64,000 bases of DNA. It comes from Verrucomicrobiota bacterium. Its GTDB lineage: Bacteria > Verrucomicrobiota > Verrucomicrobiia > Palsa-1439. The stretch is taken from NCBI GenBank assembly GCA_003152315.1, contig PLZV01000057.1, positions 200,065 through 264,064 on the forward strand, in the 5' to 3' direction. The position numbers were made by a program, and so were the translations under genes. Below, piece after piece: positions 28,831-39,613 of the stretch. The notes beneath the pieces were generated by a model that was not told the origin of the DNA, searched no databases, and worked only from the letters and a program-made list of their open reading frames with translations. Within the stretch, counting starts at the first letter, position 1, and each line of letters opens with the position of its first letter.

Positions 28831-29126
28831 CAGAAACGCATGTTTTTGCGGGGTCTTCTTCCCCGTCAAGAAACGTCGCCGACTTCTCCAATTCAAAGAA
28901 CCGAACGGATCATATCCATCTCACAACATCGTGTCGAGTAAAAAAGTATCTACTTACGATAACCAGGAGGAATCCTCACTCGGAAGGGGACGAAGCGTTG
29001 ACTTGATTGGCTTGCCCGCCACAAAGCCGTCGAGGATGTTCGCAAAGAAAAGGGATCACCAGTCCGCTCCAGAACGTGGACTGGACAGGTGCTTTCTGGC
29101 GCAAGGAAATGTAACCGGCCAACGGC

Positions 29127-31247
29127 CTAGTGGAGGACGTGGAAGTCGCCGAGGGACTGATCGTTGGGGCCGGCGGGCATCCAGTGGAAGGACGGGGTCC
29201 GGACGTTGACACTCGTGATGTGGGCGCTGGCGGCGATGCCGAAGGTGAGACCACCGTTCGCGGTCACGACGCTGGAAAGCTTAACGTCCGCAATCGTCGT
29301 GGCCGCGACATCGCTATTCACAAAACCGTTGACGGTCGAACGGATGCTGAGGGTGCGGAGATGCACTCCTTCCAGGAATGTGCCACTGGCGAGCGGGTTG
29401 CTCGGATCATCCGGCGTGTAACCGACGAAAATAGTGGAATCAATCATCTGCAAGGCGCTAAGGGAACCGATGCTGCCGTTGGCGATGGCGATAGTGGCAT
29501 TGCTGATCGCGCCGGACACGCTGAGTTGCGCGAGAGCCAGTTGATTCGTGGCGATACCCGCGCCGGAGACGGTGATCGTTCCATCACAATCGCCGGGAAT
29601 CCCATTCCGTTTGTCACCCTTGATCGAGATGTTGCCGATCCACGGTGCGTCGATGGTGGCGTCGACGCCAAAACGCGCGGCGCTCAGGCTCTTGAGCCGG
29701 CTCCCAATGGCAATGGCGCTGTTGTCGTCAAGATTGTGGGCCATGATAGTGGTTTTCTGGCTTTCAGAACCGTTGGCCGTAATGGACGCGCCGTTGAGCA
29801 GGTCGTGGATCTTCAATTGCCCCAGGTAGTCGCCCAACTGGATGCCGGTCCCGACCACGTCAAAATCCCGCGCGTCGATGAGGCGACATCCTCCCTCGCC
29901 GGTGATTTGGTCAATCTGCAGCGAACCGGTTCCCGCCCGGTTCTTCTTGACCTTGATCGTGAGAACGCTGCTCGCGTCGGTCGCGGCCAGAACCAGATCA
30001 AGGGGCTCCAGTTGCGAGACCGTCATCGCCCCCGCAAACTGCAGCTTCAGCGTCACCACGCCCCCACCCGAATTCGTGAAGGTAAACGTTTGCGGCCTGT
30101 CGTTGACGATTGTTACCACGGCGGTTGTCTGGGTTCCGAGGACAGCTCCCACGGGATTGAACAACGTCACATTGACAGTCTTGTTGCTTTGGAAGGTCAT
30201 GAATTTCTCGATGGTGAAACTGAAGCTCGATCGCGACGTGCCCGGCGCAAAGACAAGCGTGCCATGTGTGCTGAGATAGTCGACCCCGTTGCTCGCGGTG
30301 CCGTCGCTCGTGGCGTAATCGACGCTGTCTTGCGTGCTGGCATCTCCAAACCGGATCGCCGTGATTGTGGCGTGGCCCACATGTTCGTGGACGTTCTCAG
30401 CGGCCGCGCTCAACTGGATGACGTGCGGCCCCGTCGCCACAATCGTCAACGTCGCATGCACCGGGCTGCCCAGGGTGGCCCCGTCAGCGGGATTGGTGAG
30501 CGTCAGTTTCACGGTCTGGTTGGTTTCCAGTGCGCCCGGCGGCAAAATCGGAATGGTGACCGTATTCGTAAGGACGCCATTGGCAAACGTGACCGTCCCA
30601 GTTGTCGTCGTGTAATCGATACCGGCCTTCGCTGAGCCGTCGCTGGTGCTAAAATCGACTGCCACCGTCCCGTTTGTCGCGCCAACTCGGACCAGCGTGA
30701 TGGTCGCAACCGCGTCCGTATCATCCACCGAGTACGATGCCTGCGCAAACTGCAGTTGTTCCACCTCGTCATTGATAATCGTGAGCACGGCGGTTGACGG
30801 GCTGCCCAGGACAACGGGCCCGGTGGGATTGGACAGGGCGAGATTGACCGTCTGCGTGGATCCCGCCACGCCATTGTTTAACAGGCCAATGTTGACCGTG
30901 TTGGTTACGGCTTCCGTAGTATTGGTGGGGTTTTCCGCGGCGAAAGTCACAGTGTTGGAGACGGCGACGTAATCCACTCCCGCCACGGCCGTGCCATTGC
31001 TCGTCGAGAAATCTACCGAAGCTGTCGCATCCGTGCTGCCCGAGAAGATGACGGTGATGAGCGCGTTACTTTGGGACGCAGCCACCGTGTAAGCGGACTG
31101 GCTAAAGACAACGGTTCCCGTCTGCCCTCGCGCCAGACCCGGGAAAAAAACGGCGGCGCAGCCGGCGACGAGTAATGAAATGAGAAATCCGCGCGGTCTG
31201 AGAACCCCAATACCTGAGCCGAAGCCCTGACGCCGTGTATTCTGCAC
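29127..31247 (-). CDS. Secreted Calx-beta repeat protein (adhesin-like)
   Basis: 706 aa with a signal peptide. It has several repeats of the Calx-beta signature (..VDFSTSDGSAKAGIDYTTTTGTVTF.., VDYATSDGTASNGVDY..GTLVF). Confidence 0.6.
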   Translation of the reverse strand: MQNTRRQGFGSGIGVLRPRGFLISLLVAGCAAVFFPGLARGQTGTVVFSQSAYTVAASQSNALITVIFSGSTDATASVDFSTSNGTAVAGVDYVAVSNTVTFAAENPTNTTEAVTNTVNIGLLNNGVAGSTQTVNLALSNPTGPVVLGSPSTAVLTIINDEVEQLQFAQASYSVDDTDAVATITLVRVGATNGTVAVDFSTSDGSAKAGIDYTTTTGTVTFANGVLTNTVTIPILPPGALETNQTVKLTLTNPADGATLGSPVHATLTIVATGPHVIQLSAAAENVHEHVGHATITAIRFGDASTQDSVDYATSDGTASNGVDYLSTHGTLVFAPGTSRSSFSFTIEKFMTFQSNKTVNVTLFNPVGAVLGTQTTAVVTIVNDRPQTFTFTNSGGGVVTLKLQFAGAMTVSQLEPLDLVLAATDASSVLTIKVKKNRAGTGSLQIDQITGEGGCRLIDARDFDVVGTGIQLGDYLGQLKIHDLLNGASITANGSESQKTTIMAHNLDDNSAIAIGSRLKSLSAARFGVDATIDAPWIGNISIKGDKRNGIPGDCDGTITVSGAGIATNQLALAQLSVSGAISNATIAIANGSIGSLSALQMIDSTIFVGYTPDDPSNPLASGTFLEGVHLRTLSIRSTVNGFVNSDVAATTIADVKLSSVVTANGGLTFGIAASAHITSVNVRTPSFHWMPAGPNDQSLGDFHVLH

Positions 31248-31526
31248 GATCTTACTTAGCGCCTCGGGATTAAAAATGCAAACGCGGAATTAGGCAGCCA
31301 GCCCTGATGGGGTCAACACCCCATATCATTGCGCCTCGTTCCGCCCTATTGTGCTTCCACGAAACACAATCTCAAGAAGAAGACGCTGACGTTTGGCGGC
31401 CTGATCGAGAGTGTTTACGGCGCTTGCACCCAACCCCGGGCAAAAGCCCTGATGCAACTCGCCGTTAATGCGCACCTCATTACCTTTCGGGGACCACGCC
31501 GTTTCATCATTTCCTGAGGAAACCCT

Positions 31527-31715
31527 ATGAAGAGAACCACATGGCCAGCTTTGAAATTGGCGGTCTTGTTGGGCACAATCTCCGTGTTGCTGACGGGATG
31601 CTTTATCTGGCGAGACCACGATCACGACGAATCGCCTCGGCATGAGGATAACGATCATCATGATCAGGATCACCACGACGACCAGGATCATCACGATAAT
31701 GAGGACCACCAATGA
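31527..31715 (+). CDS. Small lipoprotein with His/Asp-rich (HD-repeat) metal-binding-like tail
   Basis: GAGGA RBS 8 nt upstream. Signal peptide plus lipobox (LLTGC), then HDHDESPRHEDNDHHDQDHHDDQDHHDNEDHQ. An intrinsic terminator lies 80 bp downstream on the same strand. The antisense ORF 31326..31712 is rejected. Confidence 0.5.
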   Translation: MKRTTWPALKLAVLLGTISVLLTGCFIWRDHDHDESPRHEDNDHHDQDHHDDQDHHDNEDHQ

Positions 31716-31794
31716 TGCTCAGGATCATCCCTGAGTAAGCAGCCTCAGACCGCTTGCTCGTGACTCGCCTCATTTGTGGGGGATAAAAGGTGGA

Positions 31795-31852
31795 ATAAGG
31801 GGCCAGTTCGCTTGTTGTAAGCATGTTCTGAAAAGCGGGCTGGCCCTTTTTC
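31795..31852 (+). terminator. Rho-independent terminator-like compound hairpin followed by TTTTT
   Basis: AAGGGGCCAG...CTGGCCCTTTTTCT with an inner CGCTT/AAGCG stem. Confidence 0.5.
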
Positions 31853-32022
31853 TCCATGTACCTCGGTTGGTAGAACAACGATGCACATCACCACTCTCCT
31901 GGCCACGATCTGAGATCACCGGAGTATGGCCTGGAGATGGCGCAGACACAACGGTGGGTGAAGTTGCAGGCTCCCCTCGAATAGTCGGCAGGAATTTCTC
32001 AACCCCTGTTGCCAGAAGGCCG

Positions 32023-32685
32023 TTAATGCCGGCGGCGCCGCAGGAGAACCAATCCGGCGAATCCGGCTGCCGCCAGAGCCAGCGCGCTTGGCTCGGGAAC
32101 CTGCGTGAACGTCTGGTCGATGGTCGAAATAGTCGCGAAGGCCCGCAATTCCGCACTGATCAGCACGTCCTTGGAAAGCGTCAGTAAGGGTTGGGGCGGG
32201 GTAATCGGCAAACTTGCTGACAACTGATTCGTCGTTGCCGAGGCAAAAACCTGCATCTGTCCGGCGAGCTGGTTGTTGTTGGTGAACACCTGCTCGACCA
32301 CTTGTGCCACACCCACGCCGAAGGTTACCTGTCCGTTGAAAAGAAGGTTCGCCGCCGAAATCAGATTCGGTGAGTTGGTCACGCTTACCTGGTAACCAAG
32401 ATTGAAGTCCATCGGCGTGCCACCGGAGAAGAGCGCGCCGCTGAACCGAATGCCAAAATTGCCACCTTCCAGGATTGGGGTGACGTTGACCTGACTGGCT
32501 TGATAATCGCCACTAATGCTGAAATCCGTGAAGGCCTTGTCTCCAACGATAATGGTTTGGTTGTTGGTCAGGTTCACCATGCTGATCGTTGGCCCAAGAA
32601 TTATTTGGGCCTCGGTAGCGAGCGCACACACTACGGCAAGAGCGATCGCCGCGCAGATGACCAGAGGATATTGCCCGGAGCGCAA
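32023..32685 (-). CDS. PEP-CTERM sorting-domain secreted protein
   Basis: Signal peptide. The C-terminal VPEPSALALAAAGFAGLVLLRRRRH is a PEP motif plus TM plus basic tail. Confidence 0.7.
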   Translation of the reverse strand: MRSGQYPLVICAAIALAVVCALATEAQIILGPTISMVNLTNNQTIIVGDKAFTDFSISGDYQASQVNVTPILEGGNFGIRFSGALFSGGTPMDFNLGYQVSVTNSPNLISAANLLFNGQVTFGVGVAQVVEQVFTNNNQLAGQMQVFASATTNQLSASLPITPPQPLLTLSKDVLISAELRAFATISTIDQTFTQVPEPSALALAAAGFAGLVLLRRRRH

Positions 32686-33370
32686 CAGGACAAGCCATTC
32701 GGAGACCGGCTTGTTTAATAGCTGTTTTGAATCCGCTTAGGTAGAAGAGAAGGTTTTTTATCCCAGCCATATTTCCCTTGCCCAACAGGGCATACGACAA
32801 CCCAACATCTTTCCAAGCCACTCGAATCAACTTATGACCCGATAACCTTAATTGGAGGCGCGTCGTAATAAATCCTATGGCCCAAGTCAAGTCCGAAGCG
32901 AAAATAACTGCTGTTAAGTAGTTTCCGTCGTCATCTTTACCTCTGTAAATGAGGCAAAAACCCTGTAACACATTCGGCATCAATTAAGTGGCGGATGGCA
33001 CGTACCACAGCAGAAGTGAATCATCATCGGGATAACATCACTCAGGGTACCGCCCCCAAGTCGCCCCATCGTCCCTGACTTGTTCGACACAGTGCCGCGT
33101 TTCGCCACGGCACCCAAAACGAGCCTGTAAGCCAAGAAGATGCTTGCATTTTGCTCAAAGTTGCTGACATTAATCTCCTCCCATGGCGAGGGGAGCACGC
33201 GGGTCGGGTTGGGTCGGTGGATTTATTTTGGCAACCGGCTAACGCTTTAACTCTGGCTGTTTCGACTGCGTGCAGGTCTCCTGTTCGGACTTCCTTTTCC
33301 CGCCTGTGCGGTGTGCCCTGTATTCCATGCGAGTGAATGCGGAACACGTAAGAAAAGAAAAGGAAACTTC

Positions 33371-35071
33371 ATGAAAGCAATTCGCTGGTCCATCCAATTA
33401 TCAGGTCTCATTGCCTTGTCGTTCGTCCTTACAGTGGCGGAGGCCCGTGCCGATGCCAATTCTGTCGTGCTGGAGAACGCCACCGGCGGGCCGTTTGGCG
33501 CGTTTAACGGAACCGGCCAGGTGATTGGCATGATCGAGAGCGATATACCGGACACCTCGCATGTGTACTTTGTGAAGGGGAACTTTAAGTTGGTCAATAT
33601 AGGCGACAACCCACCCCTCAACACTTGGCCGCAACTGGTTGACACTCACGCTACGGAAGTGGCTGGTGTGATGATCAGCACGGATGTAACGACAATCGGC
33701 GTCGCCCCCGGTGCGCAAGTCTATGCGGCGGGAGGCCTCGGCGGCTACTATCCGACCACCGGACCGACCAATACGGGTCTCGATTTCCAGACCAACGTCA
33801 TCAATGCGATTACGTTTCTGGCGTCACAGCCAAATCTGCACGTCATTAACATGAGTATCGGCCTCGACTCGGTCATCGATGTGAATCCTTTGGGCACGGA
33901 TGTTGTCGTCCGCACTTACAACACCTCCGGCACGAGCGTCTGGGAACGGGCCATGGACAACATTGTCTCCACAAAGTCGGTTTCGATCGTAGTGGCTGCG
34001 GGCAACGAGGCCAATCTCCGCAGTGCGGGAGCCAATAGTAGCGGAGGAACCAATACTCTCGGTGAACAAGCCGGCGCTTACAATATTATTACGGTTGGCT
34101 CCGTGACGAATGCCATAGCAGGGACGGCCACGAATGTGTCATTTTTCAGTTCTCGGGGATACCTGGCTAACGGTCGATCCGCTCTTGATATCGTCGCCCC
34201 TGGCGAAGGGATCATTATGCCAACGACCAACGTAGCCGCCGGCCTGGGCAGCACCGCCACCACAACCGCCAATGGTACCAGTTTTGCGACACCGGCTGTG
34301 GCCGCAACCATCGCGCGGCTCGTGCAGTTCGGAGGCACCTTCCTCAATTCCAACGACGTGACGGATCCACGGACGATCAAAGCTGTATTATTGAATTCGG
34401 CGACGAAATTGCCTGGTTGGGGGCAGGGTGCCGTCTTCAATGGCACTGCTGGGCTCACGGGCATGCTCACTGGCGGGGTAACGTCTGTGACGCAACCGTT
34501 GGACCCCAACCAGGGTGCCGGGTTGCTCAACGCCAACGGGGCCTACCTCCAACTGGCTGCGGGTAAGAAATCGCCTACGATCCAGCAGAACGGGCTCGTC
34601 AATATCCCCAACCCCGCCGTCCCGTTGACCGGTTGGGACCTCAATAGCGTAAAGCTAAGCTTGACCAACATCTACCAACTGAGCTCCCAGGCGGGGGGGA
34701 CCATGGCCTTGACGCTGGACTGGTATCGAGATGTTGGAGCACCAGTGGCGGGAACGAACAGCATTCTGGGCCTGGCCGATCTGAACCTGTATCTCTACAG
34801 TAGCGCGGACAACATGTACACCAACGTGCCGTTGATCGCCCAGTCTATTAGCGGAGTCGACAACGTCGAGCACCTGTGGTTCACCAATCTGCCCACGGCC
34901 TATTACCAATTCACCGTTGGTTATTCCGGCTACTCGGGTGGCGCTGCCCCAGGATCCGAGGACTACGCGCTTGCCTGGAACTTCACTGTCCCCGAGCCGA
35001 GTTCGTTGCTGCTGGCCGTGTTGGGTATATCCACCCTCTGGTGGCAGACAAAGCGCAAACGGCGAACGTGA
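33371..35071 (+). CDS. Subtilisin-like S8 serine peptidase with C-terminal PEP-CTERM anchor
   Basis: ATG at 33371 and a signal peptide. Catalytic His block HATEVAGVM and catalytic Ser block GTSFATPAVAATIARL are present. The C-terminal VPEPSSLLLAVLGISTLWWQTKRKRRT is a PEP-CTERM signal. Confidence 0.8.
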   Translation: MKAIRWSIQLSGLIALSFVLTVAEARADANSVVLENATGGPFGAFNGTGQVIGMIESDIPDTSHVYFVKGNFKLVNIGDNPPLNTWPQLVDTHATEVAGVMISTDVTTIGVAPGAQVYAAGGLGGYYPTTGPTNTGLDFQTNVINAITFLASQPNLHVINMSIGLDSVIDVNPLGTDVVVRTYNTSGTSVWERAMDNIVSTKSVSIVVAAGNEANLRSAGANSSGGTNTLGEQAGAYNIITVGSVTNAIAGTATNVSFFSSRGYLANGRSALDIVAPGEGIIMPTTNVAAGLGSTATTTANGTSFATPAVAATIARLVQFGGTFLNSNDVTDPRTIKAVLLNSATKLPGWGQGAVFNGTAGLTGMLTGGVTSVTQPLDPNQGAGLLNANGAYLQLAAGKKSPTIQQNGLVNIPNPAVPLTGWDLNSVKLSLTNIYQLSSQAGGTMALTLDWYRDVGAPVAGTNSILGLADLNLYLYSSADNMYTNVPLIAQSISGVDNVEHLWFTNLPTAYYQFTVGYSGYSGGAAPGSEDYALAWNFTVPEPSSLLLAVLGISTLWWQTKRKRRT

Positions 35072-35137
35072 CGCTGCCCGCTCGCAGTTGATTCGAGCAA
35101 CTGCCAGAGCGTAGCGTAGCGGAGGCGTGAATGGGAC

Positions 35138-36649
35138 TTACTCATCGAGGGGATGCCACCGCGACTCTTCAAACACCCAGATCTTCTTGGCCAGCAGGCA
35201 GCTCGGCCAATGGCTGCGGTTGGTCCGGATTTGGGAGGCATCACCGTAAGCGTAAATGTCGGAAACAGTTTGGAGATTTTCCTCGCCGCAAGTGGTCCAG
35301 GTTACTCTCGGGGTCTCATCAGTACGCCGCAGGAGGCGCACTAAGCGCCACGGAGAGTTCTCTTCGACACCCCAAAGCGCAGTCTCCGCGCGGAGATAGT
35401 AATAGGCTTCGTAGTCCAGCCATAATGGACTCACCAGCACGACGTGTTGCGGCGTGAGGGGGGGCAGGGAATGGAAGGCTGAGGCGGCCACGCTCTTCTC
35501 AAATTTCGTGTAGTAGTCGATCTCGCCCGTGGCGATGGTAACGCCAATGGTTACGGCGGCAATTCCACGGAGCGCGCGGGATCCGACTGCGCTCAGCCCG
35601 ATACCCGCGAGCAGGTAGAGAATGTGGGCGTTGGGAAGAAAGCCGCGAGTAAGCCAGAAAGGGTGTTTCGAAAGGGTCGAGTAGGCGAAGACCAGGGCCG
35701 GGGGAAGCGCGATGAGCGCGGCGGCAAAATACAGAATCCAACGCTGGAACTCATCGTGCCGCCACAGTTGACGAGCTCCCAGCGCGGCGCAACCGACCAT
35801 GACCGCCGTCGATACATCGCGCACCCACCACGGGATCCCGAAAGCCGGGAAGGCATCCGTGGGTCCGGTCGCCCACCAGCGAACGAGATTGACGAGATCG
35901 CTCGCCTTTGGAAACGAGACACTGCCGGACGGATTATGGCGAATCTTGTAGAAAAGTAGCACGATCGGTCCGACCCCGAGTAACACACCGGCCAACGCCG
36001 CCAGCACCGGTTTTGGTTGTACCGGAAACGGACGACCACGGAGGCGCTGCCAGATCCAATAGACCGCGAAAAACCCGATTTGCAGGAAAGCCGCCAGCAA
36101 ACCGTAAGCATAGGTCCACGCCAGGCCGGTCGTGGCGGCAACCCACCCGATCAGGTGCGCCGGTTTCCCTTCGAGCGCTTCGACAAGCTCGGTGAAGGCC
36201 AGCACGAACAAGAAGGCGAGCAGTGCGTACATCCGTGCTTCCTGGGCGTAATAGATATCGAACGGTGAGACCGCGGCGAGCAGTCCGACATAGCAGGCGG
36301 CGCGATGTCCCCAACGCCGGTACACGAAGGTCATCATGACGGCCAGGGTGGCGACGGAGCAAAGAACACTGACGAACCGCAGGCCAAACTCCGTGTCGGG
36401 GAGTACCCACAGGCTGGCTTTCAGCAAGTAGTAGTAGAGCGGCGGGTGAACATCGTACAAAGACAGACGGGTCACGCCACGAAAGCTCATTTGGGCCGCG
36501 ATCCACGAAAACCCTTCATCCACCCACACGCTTCGCCGTCCCAGATTCAGGAATCGCAGGGCCGTCCCAAAAAGGAAGATGCCGAGCAAGCTCCAACGGA
36601 CCCCAAGCATTCGCTTCGCTGGCTTGTTTTCGATCATCTTGCCGGTCAA
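35138..36649 (-). CDS. GT-C glycosyltransferase family 39 (ArnT / dolichyl-phosphate-mannose mannosyltransferase-like)
   Basis: 503 aa polytopic protein. The first-loop motif VWVDEGFSW and the PMT_2-like hydrophobic profile are present. Confidence 0.65.
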   Translation of the reverse strand: MTGKMIENKPAKRMLGVRWSLLGIFLFGTALRFLNLGRRSVWVDEGFSWIAAQMSFRGVTRLSLYDVHPPLYYYLLKASLWVLPDTEFGLRFVSVLCSVATLAVMMTFVYRRWGHRAACYVGLLAAVSPFDIYYAQEARMYALLAFLFVLAFTELVEALEGKPAHLIGWVAATTGLAWTYAYGLLAAFLQIGFFAVYWIWQRLRGRPFPVQPKPVLAALAGVLLGVGPIVLLFYKIRHNPSGSVSFPKASDLVNLVRWWATGPTDAFPAFGIPWWVRDVSTAVMVGCAALGARQLWRHDEFQRWILYFAAALIALPPALVFAYSTLSKHPFWLTRGFLPNAHILYLLAGIGLSAVGSRALRGIAAVTIGVTIATGEIDYYTKFEKSVAASAFHSLPPLTPQHVVLVSPLWLDYEAYYYLRAETALWGVEENSPWRLVRLLRRTDETPRVTWTTCGEENLQTVSDIYAYGDASQIRTNRSHWPSCLLAKKIWVFEESRWHPLDE

Positions 36650-36832
36650 CCGTGCCAGACGGTCAAGGCAAAGTCACGTTTGTTTGGGATGCGGACATTC
36701 AAGGCACACTGCCTTGTGGAATCGGGTGGCCGAAATGGTTGGCTCCGCGACGAAAGGGACACGGGGGCAGGGTACCGCTCCGGTTCCTCCGCAACACCCA
36801 ACTGCCATCACGAGCCGGTGAGCTGGTGACAT

Positions 36833-37312
36833 TCAACGCGCCGTTCGCATTGCATCTTCCATGAACGTCAGAATTGCTGTTTTCACCGCCTCCGACGTAA
36901 TCCCCTCAAGCGTCCAGGTTTCAGTCGTGTCCGGGCGGTACCCACCGCCTGGTACACCCGCTACGTGGGTTATGCAGGTGATCCCTGAATACCCGGCTAG
37001 AGGCATAATCGTCAATCTGCCCCCATTGCCAATCCCCACCGTCACTCCCTCATTATTATCGCCACCGCACTTCTCAGCGGAGATTCCAATCCCTTCCTTA
37101 CCGGCGAGGGACTTAAAAAACTCTATCGAGGGTTCTATAATCTCAGCATTGATCCGTTCAAATGCCGCTTTTCGTTCCTTCAACTCACGCTCTTCCCTCT
37201 CAGCCTCCGTATCTCGCTCCGACTTCTTTTTGCCCACTTCCTGCCCCAACGCTTCCATTTTCTTCTCAATCTCTTTGTCATCCATGTTCCACCTCTTGCC
37301 GATACATACCAC
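36833..37312 (-). CDS. Hypothetical protein (charged coiled N-terminus, Gly-rich C-terminus)
   Basis: ORF only. No motif recognised. Confidence 0.35.
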   Translation of the reverse strand: MVCIGKRWNMDDKEIEKKMEALGQEVGKKKSERDTEAEREERELKERKAAFERINAEIIEPSIEFFKSLAGKEGIGISAEKCGGDNNEGVTVGIGNGGRLTIMPLAGYSGITCITHVAGVPGGGYRPDTTETWTLEGITSEAVKTAILTFMEDAMRTAR

Positions 37313-37527
37313 CGAAGTGTCCCAATACCAAGACCGCTTCTATCAAAGGGACGCAGGGTCAGAGTGCCGCCCAGTTCCCCAGGTAGTTTTCAGGCGACCA
37401 GACCCCACACCCTCAGCTTGATCCACCGCCGTGCGTAGTTCCTCAACGCCTCATCGGAGGATGCCGTACCCGTTTCGATTTACTTGCGTGGCGGCGTAAA
37501 CGTGGCATAATGCCGGACGCAAATTTC

Positions 37528-37603
<76 letters not shown>

Positions 37604-37912
37604 GATTTTTGGTCGTGCTAGGCGGGGAGTTAGCGGTTCCCTGCACCAGCAACCCGCTACAGCTGGGCCGAATTCCTCGCCGAGGCGGCGATGTGGGCGA
37701 GCAAACCGCGGGGCGGCGTCGAAGGCCGGGTCCGATGCAATGGTTGCTTGCGAACCCCGCCAGGGTCGGAAGACAGCAACGGTAAGCTTGATGTTCCATG
37801 TGCCGTCGGGGTGCCTGGCTGGAGCTTTAACCGCGGCGCGCGAACCGATGTCGTTTGTCGAAGCGAGGTGCACGGCCATTCTTTCGGTGTGGAGACTGTT
37901 TGAGGTAAATTC

Positions 37913-39574
37913 ATGGCGCAGCAATATCAGGTCCTGGCGCGAAAATGGCGCCCGCAGCAGTTCGACGACGTCGTGGGGCAGGAGCACGTCACCACCACGT
38001 TGAAGAACGCCATCGGACAGAACCGCCTCGCGCACGCCTACCTCTTCGTCGGGCCGCGCGGCATCGGCAAAACTTCCACCGCCCGCATCTTCGCCAAGGC
38101 GCTCAACTGCGTGAAGGGGCCGACCGCCACGCCCTGCGACAAGTGCGACAACTGCCTGGAAATCACCGAGGGGCGGTCGCTCGACGTGCTGGAAATCGAC
38201 GGCGCCTCCAATAACGGCGTCGAACAGGTCCGCGAACTGCGCGACACCGTCCGCTATGCGCCGGCCCGCGGCAAGTTCAAGATTTACATTATCGACGAAG
38301 TCCACATGCTCACCACACAGGCCTTCAACGCGCTCCTTAAGACCCTCGAGGAGCCGCCGGCGCACGTGAAATTCATTTTTGCGACGACCGAGCCGCAAAA
38401 GGTGCTGCCGACGATTCTCTCGCGCTGCCAGCGGTTCGACCTGCGCCGGATTCCCGCGAACCTCATCGTCAAGCACCTCAAAGAGATCGCGAAAAAAGAG
38501 AAGGTGGCGATCGACGACGATGCGCTGGCGGCCATCGCGCGCGGCGCGGAAGGCGGCCTGCGCGACGCGGAAAGCACGCTCGACCAGCTCATCGCGTTTT
38601 GCGGCAACAAGATTGCCGAGGCGGACGTGCTGTCGGTTTTCGGGCTCGTCGCCCACGACCGGATCGCGGCCCTCACCGATGCGGTCCTCGATGGCCAGAC
38701 GACGAAGGCGCTCCAGGTGTTGAAGGACCTCGACGACGCCGGCAAGGATCTGCAACGGCTCGCGACGGATTTGCTCGATCATTTTCGCAATCTGCTCGTC
38801 GTGACGTTGGGCGCGGAGGGGGTCGCGTCCTTGCAATTGCCCGAATCCGAAATGGAACTGCTCGCGGCGCAGGCCAAACGCACGGATTCCGACGCGGTGC
38901 TGCGAATCATCGATGCGCTGGCTGCCGCCGAGGGGCGCCTTCGCTACGCGTTATCCAAGCGTGTGCTTTTCGAGATCGCGCTGGTCAAGGCCGTCAAGGC
39001 TCGCGACATGGTTGGGATCGATGGCTTGCTGAAGAAATTGAACGAGTTGAAGAGCGGACTGCAGTCAAGCCCCCGTATGGGCGATGTTTCTATCGCGAAA
39101 GTTGCTTCCGTAGCACCCCCGACTCGCATCCGGGAGGCCACTCCCGCGAATTCGCCCGCCACCATCGAGGAAGCATGGGCCTACGCGCTGGAACATCTTG
39201 GGAAGGTCACGCCGCTGGCGAAGAGTTATCTGGTCGGGACGCGGGTATTTGGTCTTAAGGGCAATGTGCTGGTCGTGCGCTTCGATCCCGAGTTCGCCGA
39301 TCGCAAGGAATTCGCCGATCATCCCCGCAACATCGAAATCTTGCAGGCGAGCTTGAAGGAAAAGTTGCGGATGGACGTCGCGCTGAAATTCGAGGTTGGG
39401 GAAGTCTCAACCGCGCCGGCGCCGAAGGCCGCCGCGGCTTCGCCGGCAAAGCTGGGAGCGCCTGCCAAAGCGACTCCGCCGGCAAAAATGAACGTAGATG
39501 ACTTTAAGAATGACCCATTGATCAAGAAGGCGCTGGAGATTTTCAAAGGAACAATCGTCGAAGTCAGAAAATAG
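37913..39574 (+). CDS. dnaX: DNA polymerase III subunits gamma/tau
   Basis: Walker A GPRGIGKTSTARIFAK, zinc module CDKCDNC, Walker B IYIIDEVHML, sensor TILSRCQRF. Confidence 0.9.
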   Translation: MAQQYQVLARKWRPQQFDDVVGQEHVTTTLKNAIGQNRLAHAYLFVGPRGIGKTSTARIFAKALNCVKGPTATPCDKCDNCLEITEGRSLDVLEIDGASNNGVEQVRELRDTVRYAPARGKFKIYIIDEVHMLTTQAFNALLKTLEEPPAHVKFIFATTEPQKVLPTILSRCQRFDLRRIPANLIVKHLKEIAKKEKVAIDDDALAAIARGAEGGLRDAESTLDQLIAFCGNKIAEADVLSVFGLVAHDRIAALTDAVLDGQTTKALQVLKDLDDAGKDLQRLATDLLDHFRNLLVVTLGAEGVASLQLPESEMELLAAQAKRTDSDAVLRIIDALAAAEGRLRYALSKRVLFEIALVKAVKARDMVGIDGLLKKLNELKSGLQSSPRMGDVSIAKVASVAPPTRIREATPANSPATIEEAWAYALEHLGKVTPLAKSYLVGTRVFGLKGNVLVVRFDPEFADRKEFADHPRNIEILQASLKEKLRMDVALKFEVGEVSTAPAPKAAAASPAKLGAPAKATPPAKMNVDDFKNDPLIKKALEIFKGTIVEVRK

Positions 39575-39613
39575 TGGCGCGGGCGTCTCGCCCGTGTATT
39601 CGCGGAGGACTAT

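Noticed and set aside
31326-31712. 128-aa minus-strand ORF opposite the HD-rich lipoprotein
   Set aside because: The translation consists of I/L/V/M runs produced by reverse-reading GAY/CAY repeats. The RBS, lipobox and terminator all support the + strand gene.
32513-32983. 156-aa minus-strand ORF overlapping the 5' end of the PEP-CTERM gene
   Set aside because: It overlaps the better-supported PEP-CTERM CDS in another frame and continues into AT-rich non-coding sequence. No features.
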